A stretch of 64,000 nt of DNA from an uncultured Leptolinea sp. (GTDB lineage Bacteria > Chloroflexota > Anaerolineae > Anaerolineales > Anaerolineaceae). Below are positions 19,467 through 26,986 of the stretch, in pieces. Every line of letters starts with the position of its first letter. Position 1 is the first letter of the stretch. A model generated the notes under the pieces. It saw only the letters and a list, made by a program, of their open reading frames with translations. It did no database searches and was not told where the DNA came from. Location: contig CAYLUZ010000003.1 of the NCBI GenBank assembly GCA_964387025.1, forward strand, positions 261,828 through 325,827, given 5' to 3'. The translations under genes were made by a program, and so were the position numbers.

Positions 19467-19807
19467 TTGCAATGAGCCCGAAAAAAGACTCTTCAAATGT
19501 AAAAGAATCTTCAGCTGGCTCCAAAGGCCAGAGATTGCCAATATTATGGGAAACTATAAATACCTTTTCGAAAATCATAGTGACCCTATTAGGATTAGCC
19601 GTTGCAATTGTCTCATATTATTCCGGCAGTGGGTTCTTGATCTCTTCCATTCGGGCAGGTGCAGCAATGTTAGGTGTTGGATTTTTATTTTGGTTGATCT
19701 ACTGGATGGTGGTCAAAGGATCGATCAGGATGATGAATGACTTGGCCAGAAAACAGGAAGAATTCAATACACAAAACCAAAATGGATTCATGGAATACAA
19801 GGTGTAA
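19463..19807 (+). CDS. Small two-TM membrane protein of unknown function, in the slot usually held by flhG
   Basis: 114 aa. Start shares an ATGA overlap with the flhF stop. Two hydrophobic helices ('IIVTLLGLAVAIVSYY', 'AMLGVGFLFWLIYWMVV'). No Walker A motif. Confidence 0.5.
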   Translation: MIAMSPKKDSSNVKESSAGSKGQRLPILWETINTFSKIIVTLLGLAVAIVSYYSGSGFLISSIRAGAAMLGVGFLFWLIYWMVVKGSIRMMNDLARKQEEFNTQNQNGFMEYKV

Positions 19808-19814
19808 ATGAATC

Positions 19815-20582
19815 ATGATTAATCAGATGAATGAAACCGAGCTGCAAAAACAATACGTTTCCATGAAAGATGTCAATGCACGGGAAGAAATGGTTCTGCG
19901 ATATGTGTCACTTGTCCATTTTGTGCTGGGCAGGCTGGGAATCTCTCAAGGATCCGGGAATGATTATGAAGACCTGGTAAACCAGGGCTTAATCGGATTG
20001 ATCGAAGCTGTTGACAGGTATGATCCAAAATTCAATACTCAGTTCAGCACTTATGCTACCTTCCGTATTCGAGGGAAGATCCTCGATTACTTACGTTCCC
20101 TTGATTGGCTATCCCGAACAGCCAGACATCGAGCACGGGATGTTCGCCAGGCGATTAATTCGCTCACTGACCTAAATCAACGGATACCGACTGATAGCGA
20201 ACTGGCCGAACATATGAATATGGATATTGGAAAAGTTCAACAAGCTTTGATGGATTCGAGCAGGGTAATTGTTTCTCTTGATGCGGTTGTAGATTATGAT
20301 GAGGAAAATGACGCATCTCTTTACGAAACAATTGCAGATGAAAATCAAAACGATCCTTCAGATATCATTGGAGAAAAAGACCTTATATCGAAACTTACTG
20401 AAGTGATCAAACAACTCCCGGAGCGGGAGCAGACACTTCTTTCTCTTTATTACTATGAGGAACTTACTCTAAGTGAGATAGGCACTGTTTTGGGGGTCTC
20501 AGAATCCCGTGCCTGTCAACTACATGCGAGAGCGGTTATGACTCTACAAGCACTCCTGACGAAGGGAGATAATAATGACTAA
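19815..20582 (+). CDS. fliA: Flagellar sigma factor FliA (sigma-28 / SigD type)
   Basis: Region 2 'FSTYATFRIRGKILDYLR', region 4 'LTLSEIGTVLGVSESRACQLHARAV', size ~255 aa, flagellar context. Confidence 0.85.
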   Translation: MINQMNETELQKQYVSMKDVNAREEMVLRYVSLVHFVLGRLGISQGSGNDYEDLVNQGLIGLIEAVDRYDPKFNTQFSTYATFRIRGKILDYLRSLDWLSRTARHRARDVRQAINSLTDLNQRIPTDSELAEHMNMDIGKVQQALMDSSRVIVSLDAVVDYDEENDASLYETIADENQNDPSDIIGEKDLISKLTEVIKQLPEREQTLLSLYYYEELTLSEIGTVLGVSESRACQLHARAVMTLQALLTKGDNND

Positions 20583-20967
20583 CACGATCATTCCCGGTTT
20601 ACTGCACGACACACTGAATTTGGTCCAACTGGCGAGAGAATCTGCCCTGGTACAGGGAAAAGCGAAGCAGGCGAATAAGCTGACTCCTGTAATGGATGAT
20701 CTAAAGAACATGGTTCAAACCTCTGATCAAACAAAACCACCCACGGCTTCCGGTGGTGTTCTGATGCAATCTGATTTCAAGAAACTATTAGATGCAGCCA
20801 AAACTGTAAGCGGTAACCAGAGAGTATCAACCACAACAAATATTGCTGAACGTAATCAAATGGTAAGGGCAATGTCTGGAAGTAACATGCCGGAGGTCGA
20901 TATTGCCCGACAGCTTGGAATGACACGTGAAGAAGTGCGGATGATCACAAGTTTAAGCTCAAGGTAA
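20575..20967 (+). CDS. Hypothetical protein with a C-terminal HTH-like segment, translationally coupled to fliA
   Basis: 130-aa ORF overlapping the fliA stop by 8 nt. The C-terminal 'PEVDIARQLGMTREEVRMI' resembles a sigma region-4-type helix-turn-helix. I cannot assign a family. Confidence 0.45.
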   Translation: MTNTIIPGLLHDTLNLVQLARESALVQGKAKQANKLTPVMDDLKNMVQTSDQTKPPTASGGVLMQSDFKKLLDAAKTVSGNQRVSTTTNIAERNQMVRAMSGSNMPEVDIARQLGMTREEVRMITSLSSR

Positions 20968-20977
20968 GGAGATAGGG

Positions 20978-21736
20978 ATGATTAAAGGACTTTACGCAGC
21001 AGCTTCAGCCATGTTAGCGGGAATTAACCGTCAGCAGGCTATTGCCCATGATGTAGCTAACCTGGATACACCAGGTTTTAAGCAAGTGCTTACCTCTTTG
21101 GATGACTTTAAAACCACCCAGATCATGAGATCCAACCCGAATTCATTATCGGACCCTGTGACCTTTTTGGGCAGGCTGGGTTTGGGAGTGGATTCATCCA
21201 AAGATTCAACAGATTTTTCGCAGGGTGGTTTGAAACAAACTGGCAATGAATTCGATCTGGCTATCGATGGAAATGGTTTTTTTAGAATCAAGACCCAGGC
21301 TGGTGAACGTTATTCACGGGATGGGAGATTCATTAAAGATGCACAGGGTACCCTCACCACAGTTGATGGAAACCAGGTTTTGAACGCCAGTGGTCAGCCG
21401 ATAAAGCTTACAGATGGTGAAGCATCCATAGCACCGGATGGAACAATAACCATCAATGGTACAGCTGCCGGGCAAATCGGTATAGCCAGTTTTCTTGACC
21501 CCGCAGCCCAATTAACCCGGGATGGGGAGAATACATTCGCATCTGCTGGTGCACCCAATGGGACCGAGAAAGGTTCTATGGCCCAGGGGTATCTGGAAAT
21601 GTCAAATGCCAATCCAACCCAATTGATGACCCAGTTGGTAGAGGTTTCGAGATCTTATGAAGCCGCCCAACAAATGGTTCAAAACCAGGATGAATTATTG
21701 GGTAAAACGATTGCTTCGCTAGGTCGTATTGGATAA
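20978..21736 (+). CDS. flgF: Flagellar rod protein (FlgF/FlgG family)
   Basis: N-terminal 'IAHDVANLDTPGFK', central 'FDLAIDGNGFFRI', C-terminal 'GYLEMSNANPTQLMTQLVEVSRSYEA'. Confidence 0.75.
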   Translation: MIKGLYAAASAMLAGINRQQAIAHDVANLDTPGFKQVLTSLDDFKTTQIMRSNPNSLSDPVTFLGRLGLGVDSSKDSTDFSQGGLKQTGNEFDLAIDGNGFFRIKTQAGERYSRDGRFIKDAQGTLTTVDGNQVLNASGQPIKLTDGEASIAPDGTITINGTAAGQIGIASFLDPAAQLTRDGENTFASAGAPNGTEKGSMAQGYLEMSNANPTQLMTQLVEVSRSYEAAQQMVQNQDELLGKTIASLGRIG

Positions 21737-21756
21737 TTACAGAGGAGAAAAATAAA

Positions 21757-22497
21757 ATGACCGGATCACTCTTTCATGTTTTGAACATTTCCCGCATTGA
21801 TATGCTGGCAAAAACAGATGACCTTGATATTGTCAGCAATAACGTAGCCAATATAAACACTGCGGGTTATCGAAGTAACCGTGGCAATTTTCAAGAGATG
21901 CTGCAAAAACTTAACTATGAAGGTGTCAATTTAGCATCCAGTCAGTTAATTGTAAAACAAGGTGCGATCCACCAGACTAAAAATCAATTGGATATTGCCA
22001 TACAGGGTAATGGTTTTTTTGGTGTGACCATCGCTGCAGGAAAAACCGGATATACCCGGGATGGACAGTTCTTACTTGATTCCACGGGAAAGATTGTAAA
22101 TGGAAATGGAAACCCATTAGTCTGGACTGGAACAATTCCTCCGGAAACTACTGAAATTCAGATCCAACCAGATGGTATTGTTCGTGCTTTGGCAGGTGAT
22201 GTGTGGACTGAAGCAGGTACAATTCAACTTACACGGTTTGCGAATGCTAGCGGATTACAAAATTCAGGTAATAATATTCTAGTAGAAACCCCTGCTTCCG
22301 GTACACCACAAAATGGGGCACCTGGATCACCCAATTTTGGATCGCTCCTCTCGCAATCAGTTGAGGACTCGAATGTAAACTATGCCGATGAAGTGACACA
22401 TTTAATGGCACTTCAGAGAGGTTTTCAAATGAGTTCCCGCACTTTTCAGACGACTGACACGATGATCACTCAAGCCATCCACATGAGAAAAACTTAA
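21757..22497 (+). CDS. flgG: Flagellar distal rod protein FlgG
   Basis: 'IVSNNVANINTAGYRS', 'LDIAIQGNGFFGV', 'TRDGQF', C-terminal 'VEDSNVNYADEVTHLMALQRGFQ'. Confidence 0.8.
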   Translation: MTGSLFHVLNISRIDMLAKTDDLDIVSNNVANINTAGYRSNRGNFQEMLQKLNYEGVNLASSQLIVKQGAIHQTKNQLDIAIQGNGFFGVTIAAGKTGYTRDGQFLLDSTGKIVNGNGNPLVWTGTIPPETTEIQIQPDGIVRALAGDVWTEAGTIQLTRFANASGLQNSGNNILVETPASGTPQNGAPGSPNFGSLLSQSVEDSNVNYADEVTHLMALQRGFQMSSRTFQTTDTMITQAIHMRKT

Positions 22498-22520
22498 GTT
22501 TAGAGAAAGATAACCGATAA
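22494..22520 (+). promoter_or_regulatory. Sigma-28-type promoter upstream of flgM
   Basis: TTAA-N15-ACCGATAA compared with the consensus TAAA-N15-GCCGATAA, located 55 nt upstream of the flgM ATG. Confidence 0.45.
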
Positions 22521-22574
22521 CCATATTACGGGTGTTATTGGCAAATGACCGACAAAATTTGGAGGTGAATAATA

Positions 22575-22874
22575 ATGAAAATAGATAATAATATACTCAA
22601 TCAACTGCAAGCTAACAAAGCTGAACCTGCTCAGCAGGCTGAAAAACAGCAGAAACAGGTTGAGAAAGGTTCACAAGCCCCAAAAAAGGATACTCTTGAA
22701 GTTTCCGAGAACGCACGCTTGCTTGCGAAAGCCAGTGCAGCGCTGAACGGCGTTGAAGAATCCCGTTCACAAAAGGTGAATGACCTGAAAGAGTTGGTCA
22801 ACAGTGGAGAATATAAAGTTCCCCATGAGGAATTGGCGAAACGAATCGCATCAAAAATTGACATAAAACGGTAG
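22575..22874 (+). CDS. flgM: Anti-sigma-28 factor FlgM
   Basis: 99 aa. The C-terminal 'KVNDLKELVNSGEYKVPHEELAKRI' is the conserved FlgM sigma-binding segment. Followed by flgN-flgK-flgL. Confidence 0.75.
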   Translation: MKIDNNILNQLQANKAEPAQQAEKQQKQVEKGSQAPKKDTLEVSENARLLAKASAALNGVEESRSQKVNDLKELVNSGEYKVPHEELAKRIASKIDIKR

Positions 22875-22880
22875 AAAAAA

Positions 22881-23402
22881 ATGCCAGAAAATACCCGAAC
22901 CCGCATGCTGCTCCCCAACCTGGAAAATGTTCTTGTCCAGGAATTTAGATTGGTCCAATCCCTGATTGACATTACTCGTGATGAGCGAAATTTCTTACCC
23001 ACATCCAATGCAGAAGATTTGATGAGCCTGGTTGAGAAAAAAGAAAATGTCCTGGATCAAATGAGTTTATTGGAAGAGCGGCGGCGTACATTGCTGATTG
23101 ATCTCGCGCGGGATCTTGGTCTCTCGCTGGAGTCTACATCTCTAGGAGATATACTTCCCTGGTTGGATCCGACCACTGCCGGCAGGTTAAACCGCCTCAG
23201 TGAAGGTATTGCCATGTTAGTCGGACAAGCCCGTGACCTAAATTATGGCAATCGGGCAATGGCTACTTCTGCTTTGGATTGGCTTGAATCGACCAAGGCA
23301 TTTTTGTATGGATATTATCAGAACCAGTTGGCATATACTGCGCCAGGTTCCTCCATTTCACTTGAGCAGCCAGCATCCTGGGATGTGGACCAAAGGGTTT
23401 AA
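22881..23402 (+). CDS. flgN: FlgN-like export chaperone
   Basis: 173-aa helical protein, 'LENVLVQEFRLVQSLIDITRDERNFL...LVEKKENVLDQMSLLEERR', positioned between flgM and flgK. Confidence 0.55.
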   Translation: MPENTRTRMLLPNLENVLVQEFRLVQSLIDITRDERNFLPTSNAEDLMSLVEKKENVLDQMSLLEERRRTLLIDLARDLGLSLESTSLGDILPWLDPTTAGRLNRLSEGIAMLVGQARDLNYGNRAMATSALDWLESTKAFLYGYYQNQLAYTAPGSSISLEQPASWDVDQRV

Positions 23403-23411
23403 AGGGATATC

Positions 23412-25151
23412 ATGCCTAATTTATTTGCAGGTATCAATTTATCTTTACAAGCTCTGCTCAGCCAGCAAACTGCTGTAGAAATTATTGAGCATAATGTAGC
23501 CAATGTGAACACTCCCGGTTATCGCCGGCAGGAAGCAGTATTAAAAGCTGGACTAGCTGTTGCCAGTCCGGGTGCCACATACAATTTGGGTGTAGGTCAA
23601 ATGGGCACTGGGGTATCTGTAGACCGTATTAAGCGCTTCACACTCGACTTTTTTGATACGCGTTACAGGCAAGAAATCGAAGGTTCCAAGCAATGGGAGG
23701 TCCAGAGTAATATTTTGCAGACCCTTGAAGCTGGCTTTGCCGAGACTTCCACTGATGGAGTACTACCCAAACTGGATGCTTTTTGGAGTGGCTGGCAGAA
23801 ACTGAGTGTGGATCCTTCGAACACCAGCCTACGGTCCGAAGTGTTGGATAATGCCAAAGCCCTTGCATCGGCACTGAACTCACGTGCGCAGATGGTATTA
23901 AACCTGCAAATGGAACAGGATCTTGTGATCGATCAGCGAGTGGAGGAGATAAATGGTGCTGCCGACCAAATTGCCAGGTTAAATAGTGAAATTACCCGGG
24001 TCATTTCGATTGGTGAACAGCCCAACGACTTATTGGATCAACGGGATATGTTATTGGACCGACTGGCTGAGATCGCAGGGGCTACATCATCCAAGCAACT
24101 CAACGGTGAGGCGGTTGTAGCAATTAATGGACATGTTCTTGTCCAGGGGCAAACCAGCTTTGGCCTTACTACTGAAATGGATCCAGCTAACCATAATTTT
24201 GCTCAAATAAAATGGGAGGATGGTCAGGTGCTGATCACTCGCACAGGCGAACTGGCCGGTATCCTTGACGCACGTGACAATGTAATGGACGATCAGATGA
24301 CCGGCTTTAATAATCTATCCCAGGCATTGATCTCCAGAGTGAATGAATTACATCGTTCCGGATTTTCTCCCGGTAAAGTTGTCACAACTTCGCTTATTCC
24401 TGCAACCGTAACTAAATTAGGGGGTGGTTCAGTAGCTACCGGTCAAACAGAAATTGCTGCTGGTTCGTATTCAGTTGAGAGTCGACTAAGCGCAGGAGTC
24501 TGGCAGTTCCGGGTATTGGATTCAACCTCAACTGCTGTAAATATTCGATTGTCTGATGGATCCGGTTATAGTGATCAGTGGCAGGATATTCCCTCCTCTT
24601 CTGGAACTGCAGTGCAATATGATACCGGACGCGGATTAACGATCACATTTGGAAGTGATCTGGCACTTTATAGCCAGGCTACTGTAGGTGCAGGAGCAGC
24701 CAGTTTATCATTTACACCGCAACAGGATTTCTTTACCGGTACCAGTGCAATGACCATGCATGTTAATTCAAGTTTGGATGACACTTCATTGATCGCTACC
24801 GGATTAAATCCAAATGCAGCCGGAGATGGCGAATTGGCGCGATTAATTGCCAATATCCGCGGGGAACCATTACTGAACAGCGGGACAGCCACTGCCAATC
24901 AATATTTCACCGGAAAAGTTTCTGATCTTGGGTTGGATGTTGCCCGTTCGAAAGCCAATGCAGAAAATAGAAAATTGGTATCGGATGCTATGAATAACCA
25001 GCGTTTATCGGTGACAGGGGTTTCATTGAACGAAGAAGCTGCAAATTTAGTGAAAGCTCAAAAAGCCTATGAAGCAGCTGCCCGACTGATGAATGCGATC
25101 GATGAGATGTTAGACAGAATAATTAATGGTTTAGGCCTTGTAGGTAGATAA
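23412..25151 (+). CDS. flgK: Hook-associated protein 1 FlgK (with an inserted module shared with FliD)
   Basis: N-terminal 'IIEHNVANVNTPGYRRQ', C-terminal 'LSVTGVSLNEEAANLVKAQKAYEAAARL'. Confidence 0.85.
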   Translation: MPNLFAGINLSLQALLSQQTAVEIIEHNVANVNTPGYRRQEAVLKAGLAVASPGATYNLGVGQMGTGVSVDRIKRFTLDFFDTRYRQEIEGSKQWEVQSNILQTLEAGFAETSTDGVLPKLDAFWSGWQKLSVDPSNTSLRSEVLDNAKALASALNSRAQMVLNLQMEQDLVIDQRVEEINGAADQIARLNSEITRVISIGEQPNDLLDQRDMLLDRLAEIAGATSSKQLNGEAVVAINGHVLVQGQTSFGLTTEMDPANHNFAQIKWEDGQVLITRTGELAGILDARDNVMDDQMTGFNNLSQALISRVNELHRSGFSPGKVVTTSLIPATVTKLGGGSVATGQTEIAAGSYSVESRLSAGVWQFRVLDSTSTAVNIRLSDGSGYSDQWQDIPSSSGTAVQYDTGRGLTITFGSDLALYSQATVGAGAASLSFTPQQDFFTGTSAMTMHVNSSLDDTSLIATGLNPNAAGDGELARLIANIRGEPLLNSGTATANQYFTGKVSDLGLDVARSKANAENRKLVSDAMNNQRLSVTGVSLNEEAANLVKAQKAYEAAARLMNAIDEMLDRIINGLGLVGR

Positions 25152-25161
25152 GTAGAGGTAT

Positions 25162-26055
25162 ATGATGCGGATATCTGATCAGATGGCCACAAATAATGCT
25201 ATTCAGTATATGAACGCAAATAAGGAACGGTTGACAGCGCTGCAAAATCTTGTGGCATCTGGCAAACAATTTCAATCTGCATCAGATAATCCTGCCCGGG
25301 CGGCAGCTTCGCTGACCTTAAAATCCAGCCTGCAGACAGGTCAGAACTACTTGAACAATGCAGGTGAGATCAACGCCTGGATGGAAACCACAGATCTGGC
25401 AATATCACAACTTTCCGATCTTATCACCAAAGCAACTACTGCAGTCACCAAGGGATTGTCCGATACGATCGGGGCCGATGAACGCAGAACCGCCTTAGCT
25501 CCAGAGGTGGATATGCTGCTGGAGAATGCCATCTCGGTAGCGAATACATCACACATGGGAAAGTATATATTTTCCGGTTATCAGATCAATACGAAGCCTT
25601 ACGAGGTATCATCCGTGGATCCGAATATCGTCGAATATCATGGTGATGCTGGCATTATGCAGCATGACCTGGGTCCCGGACAAACAATATCAACAAATGT
25701 AAATGCCGACACTGCATTATCAGCACTATTCAATGCTGTGATCAAGGCAAGGAATGCTTTGTTGGCGAATGATCGCTCTGAGCTTGATGCTAGCCTGGCT
25801 AACTTGAAATCTGCTGAGGATTTTGTTAGCGAGATCAGGTCGACAAATGGAGCGCGGCTGAGGCAGGTCGATGGTGCCATTGATCATTTGGGGAAGACAA
25901 ACCTCACTTTGAAAAGCTTGCTTTCTGAGAGAGAAGATGTTAATATGGCAGAGGCAATTGCTATGATGCAGGGTCAGGAGACAACTTACCAGGCAGTTCT
26001 CGAAGTTGGACAACGAGCGATATCAGCCCTTAATTTATTCGATGTCCTCCAATAA
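25162..26055 (+). CDS. flgL: Hook-associated protein 3 FlgL
   Basis: Flagellin-like N-terminus 'MRISDQM...LQNLVASGKQFQSASDNPARAA' and C-terminus 'VNMAEAIAMMQGQETTYQAVLEVGQR'. Confidence 0.8.
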   Translation: MMRISDQMATNNAIQYMNANKERLTALQNLVASGKQFQSASDNPARAAASLTLKSSLQTGQNYLNNAGEINAWMETTDLAISQLSDLITKATTAVTKGLSDTIGADERRTALAPEVDMLLENAISVANTSHMGKYIFSGYQINTKPYEVSSVDPNIVEYHGDAGIMQHDLGPGQTISTNVNADTALSALFNAVIKARNALLANDRSELDASLANLKSAEDFVSEIRSTNGARLRQVDGAIDHLGKTNLTLKSLLSEREDVNMAEAIAMMQGQETTYQAVLEVGQRAISALNLFDVLQ

Positions 26056-26070
26056 AGGGTAGAAATATAC

Positions 26071-26382
26071 ATGTTAGTTCTTACCAGGCGCATTGATGAA
26101 AGCTTAAATATTGGGGATTCAATTACCATTACCGTTTTATCCATCGATGGCGATAAGGTAAAGATTGGGATCAATGCACCGCGGGAAATTACAATATTAC
26201 GCCAGGAGATATATCAAGCTGTTCAGGAACAAACAAAGCTGGAACAGTGGCTTGCAGAGAAGCCGGAGCCGGAAACTTTTAAAGGCTTAAGGGAATTATT
26301 AGTATCGAATTCCAGTGACGGTTTCGAAGATATCACGCTTTCTAACGATCAAGCTGACGTAGAAAAGCCTGCTCAGCAATGA
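26071..26382 (+). CDS. csrA: Carbon storage regulator CsrA with a long C-terminal extension
   Basis: '[48 protein letters not shown]' is the canonical CsrA fold. A further ~45 aa follow, giving 103 aa in total. Confidence 0.9.
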   Translation: MLVLTRRIDESLNIGDSITITVLSIDGDKVKIGINAPREITILRQEIYQAVQEQTKLEQWLAEKPEPETFKGLRELLVSNSSDGFEDITLSNDQADVEKPAQQ

Positions 26383-26677
26383 TCTTTCGGTAAGGTATTC
26401 CCCGAATTGTCATCATCATAGCTGCTTCGACGTCATGGACCCTGATGATCCTCCCAACAATATTAAATGGATCACCGTCATGTAAAACTACTGTTGCCTG
26501 GAAAATGTCCCCGGGCAATTTTATTGCTTCCGGGTTGTAAAAGCGGACGCCAATTTCACATATATCGACAATGGAAAATTGAATGCCCCGGATGGTGATT
26601 GCAGGACGGTGTTCCAAGGGGTATTGCACTCTGAAATTAGCTCTGCGTTCACTTCCTTGTTTGGGATTATTTTCCAT
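26342..26677 (-). CDS. Single-domain PilZ protein (putative c-di-GMP receptor)
   Basis: 'RRANFR' (RRxxxR) and 'DICEIG' (D/NxSxxG with Ser replaced by Cys) at canonical spacing. Start overlaps the stop of the upstream FlhBc-like gene by 11 nt. Confidence 0.75.
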   Translation of the reverse strand: MENNPKQGSERRANFRVQYPLEHRPAITIRGIQFSIVDICEIGVRFYNPEAIKLPGDIFQATVVLHDGDPFNIVGRIIRVHDVEAAMMMTIRGIPYRKIIAEQAFLRQLDR

Positions 26678-26984
26678 TGGTTATGATCTCCCTTTGTATT
26701 GTATGCTGGGTCTGAACCCGATAGATATATGCAAAAATCTCTGCGACGACAATATAAAGTTCTGGTGGTATTGCCTGATTGACATTTACCCGACTTAACG
26801 TTTCTGCCAGAATTGGGTCGGGATGGATAGGAATATTATTTTCTCTGGCAGCGGTGAGTATTGCTTCCGCTATTTTACCACGCCCGGATGCAATAACAAC
26901 AGGAGCGTTATCACGATCCGGATCATATCCAAGGGCGGTAGCAGAAATTCGATTGTTTTTTCCAGCCTTGGTTCCTATGCTCAT
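26667..26984 (-). CDS. FlhB C-terminal-domain paralogue (YlqH / COG2257-like)
   Basis: Aligns with FlhB residues after the cleavage site: 'NNRISATALGYDPDRDNAPVVIASGRGKIAEAILTAARENNIPIHPDPILAETL...IPPELYIVVAEIFAYIYR' versus FlhB 'NPTHFAIALDYNPDSMTAPRVLAKGAFHVAQKIVDIARQNNVPIVQNIPLARAL...ISPELYLAVAEVLAYVYR'. NPTH is replaced by NNRI and there is no TM domain. Confidence 0.85.
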   Translation of the reverse strand: MSIGTKAGKNNRISATALGYDPDRDNAPVVIASGRGKIAEAILTAARENNIPIHPDPILAETLSRVNVNQAIPPELYIVVAEIFAYIYRVQTQHTIQREIITNGK

Positions 26985-26986
26985 AA

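Noticed and set aside
26342-26677. The 111-aa ORF next to csrA was considered as the missing FliW
   Set aside because: It is on the opposite strand and carries the PilZ signatures RRxxxR and DxCxxG. It shows no FliW-like sequence. No other candidate fliW ORF exists in the window.
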